From the NCBI GenBank assembly GCA_044892525.1, contig CM097885.1:55986001-56050000 (forward strand): DNA of 64,000 nt, in the 5' to 3' direction. The notes below the pieces were generated by a model. The model worked only from the letters and a program-made list of their open reading frames with translations, had not been told where the DNA came from and did no database searches. The stretch's first letter is position 1, and each line of letters begins with the position of its first letter. Source of the DNA: Schmidtea polychroa (Eukaryota). Below are positions 62,039-64,000 of this stretch, piece after piece. A program made the translations under genes and the position numbers.

Positions 62039-62335
62039 TTACTTTGAAAAATAGTAATAATACATTGAAAATAATAATAACATATTTGTTCTAGTGGAGC
62101 CCTGTTTTTATGATTCATTGTCTTTCTTCTAAAAAAATAGATGATGAGTTGTGTGATGAGTCTTTGTTCTAAAAATAAATGATGCATTGTCTTTGTTCTA
62201 AAAATAGATGAGTCATTGTCTTTATTTAAATTTCTTCCTGTTCTCACATGTTCTTTAATGACCTTGATGAGTCATCAAAAAATAAAACGAAAGAATTTTG
62301 AGAGTCATCGTGGTGGTAGGGAAGGAGTTTGAGGA
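61480..62335. mobile_element. Foldback-like element with TGACTCA-rich arms and central (AAT)n tracts
   Basis: The left arm has repeated GACTCATC and AACAAAGACA; the right arm has the complements GATGAGTC and TCTTTGTTCT. (AAT)n at about 61854-61897 and 61971-62036. Confidence 0.55.
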
Positions 62336-62959
62336 GCACACTTCTCTCTACTATTAACAAATATAATTTAAATAGTTTTTACAACATTTAGGGAAAACTT
62401 ATATAGAAATATTAATTTTTAAATTTAGGTTAATAAAATTTACGATTTTCTAGTTTTCCCCCAAAATCAACATTTGAAAACTAAGTTGATAAAGAGATTT
62501 TAGGACAATGTGAAGTACTAAAAACTATTAAATTTATTAAAAATTGAAGTTAAATCTCACGAAATTGTCATCATTATCTATACAACTCAAATTTGAGTTT
62601 TCGGAATTTTCGTCCAATATTTCTTTCCCCCATTTTTTCTAAACATTTCTGCAAATGATTTATTATAATGCGTCTATTCATTACAATGATATTACATATC
62701 GAAATTTAACGTGTATTTTTTACTGTGTTGTGTTTGAGTGTCAGTTTTTTTCTATCACATCCTCACTTTTTATATTAAATGCGTGTATTCACTGCACCGT
62801 TAAAAATTAACACATGGGTTAGTTTATGTATTTATATAATATAAACTTATTGATTTTTTCAAACATATGTGTCTATTCATTGCAAACGGGTGTATAAATG
62901 AGAACATCTAAGTGAGTTTGTATGTTTGTATAATACACCAAAGCGCAATTGATAAGTGT

Positions 62960-63500
62960 TTTATTGACATTTATATCTAATTCGGTTCTTGAGAGATTGT
63001 CGGCTGCTATGTTTGCTGCTCCCGCTACATAATTGATTCTACAATTAAATTGGGATATGTAATTTAATTGCCTTATTTGTCTTGGTGATGGATTTTTCAT
63101 TTGAATCGCGTTTATAAGAGGTTCGTAGTCCGTATAAATCTTTAAGTTCCTCACCTCTAGTAGATGTTGAAAGTGTTTTATAGCCTCATAAATTGCGAGC
63201 AGTTCTCAATCGAATGTAGAGTATCTTGTCTGGTGTATTTTTAATTTATTGGAGAAGAAACAGATCGGTTTTTTTACCGAATTCATTGTCTTGGTAAAGA
63301 GTGGCTCCCATTGCGAAACCGGCACAGTCTGTTGTAAGGTTGTAGTCTAGTCTTGAATCCGGGTATCCAAGTAGTGTAGCTTGAGACAGACTTGGTTTTG
63401 CTTTTTCCAATTTTTAAATTGCTTCCCCAGTCCAGCTTATTTTGACCAGTCTTGTTTTGATTAGGTCGTTTAGGGGGCTAAGAGCTGACTATAGTTTGGT
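62960..63500 (-). pseudogene. Ty3/Gypsy RT-connection/RNase H remnant
   Basis: LTTDCAGFAMGATLYQ..PICFFSNKL..RYSTFD*ELLAIYEAIKHF..LKIYTDYEPL..RQIRQLNYISQFNCRINYVAGAANIAADNLSR. Confidence 0.85.
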
Positions 63501-64000
63501 ATATCAGAGTAGTAGAAGATCGTCTGAGTTCTCTATTTGTGTTTTGTAGTTTGAATTGTTGGATGGAGTTTTATTTTCGATTGGCTTTGTGCCTTTTTGT
63601 TTCTGCTTAACTTCTGAAACAAGTTGTTGAAACGATCTTTTGTTATTAATATACACTAACCTTAATATACAAAATGATTAACACCATACTAAGATATCCT
63701 AATTACAAATTAAAAGAATTTACACCACACTACAATATGCATAATAATAAAATAATTACCACACTAAATATGGATTTCTTGAGATGGAATTAAATAATTC
63801 CAAAGAAGCATCTGATATATACTTATACACAGTGGTGATATTCGAATTTTTTAACAACCGGTACGCATGGAAAAAAATCTATTGTAGGTTATATTTACTT
63901 CATAATAGTTATTTATTTACATATTTACATAAGAAATACATATATTATATATAATAGTATAAAAAATAGTATATAAAATTAATTAAATAATTTTGGGACG

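Overview
Very AT-rich eukaryotic (metazoan) genomic window with tiny 41-56 nt introns and four N-gaps. A triclad flatworm/planarian origin is plausible but is only an inference from composition, intron size and TE content. Two things dominate. (1) Two tandem minus-strand paralogous genes (15335->5275, about 2890 aa; 40774->27232, about 4053 aa) that the ORF track shows only as giant repeat ORFs. Hand-built splicing gives each a signal peptide and the N-terminal half of a C-type-lectin-like domain (CTLD). A furin-type RKRR site follows, then 2,700-3,900 aa of Trp-marked ~75-86 aa helical modules and a second furin-type site. A hidden terminal exon encodes the missing C-terminal half of the CTLD, so the lectin fold appears split around a giant, possibly excisable insert. 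(2) A young 10.3 kb Ty3/Gypsy-like LTR element (46496-56812; 980-bp LTRs, ATGT TSD, tRNA-Trp PBS, PPT). It has no visible pol. It encodes Gag fused to two ubiquitin-like domains, a Bcl-2-like domain and an env-like remnant, plus a DEDDh exonuclease ORF. The remainder is a nested TE graveyard (hAT, piggyBac MITE, MULE, Penelope, Polinton-type PolB, Gypsy and pogo remnants) with microsatellites.
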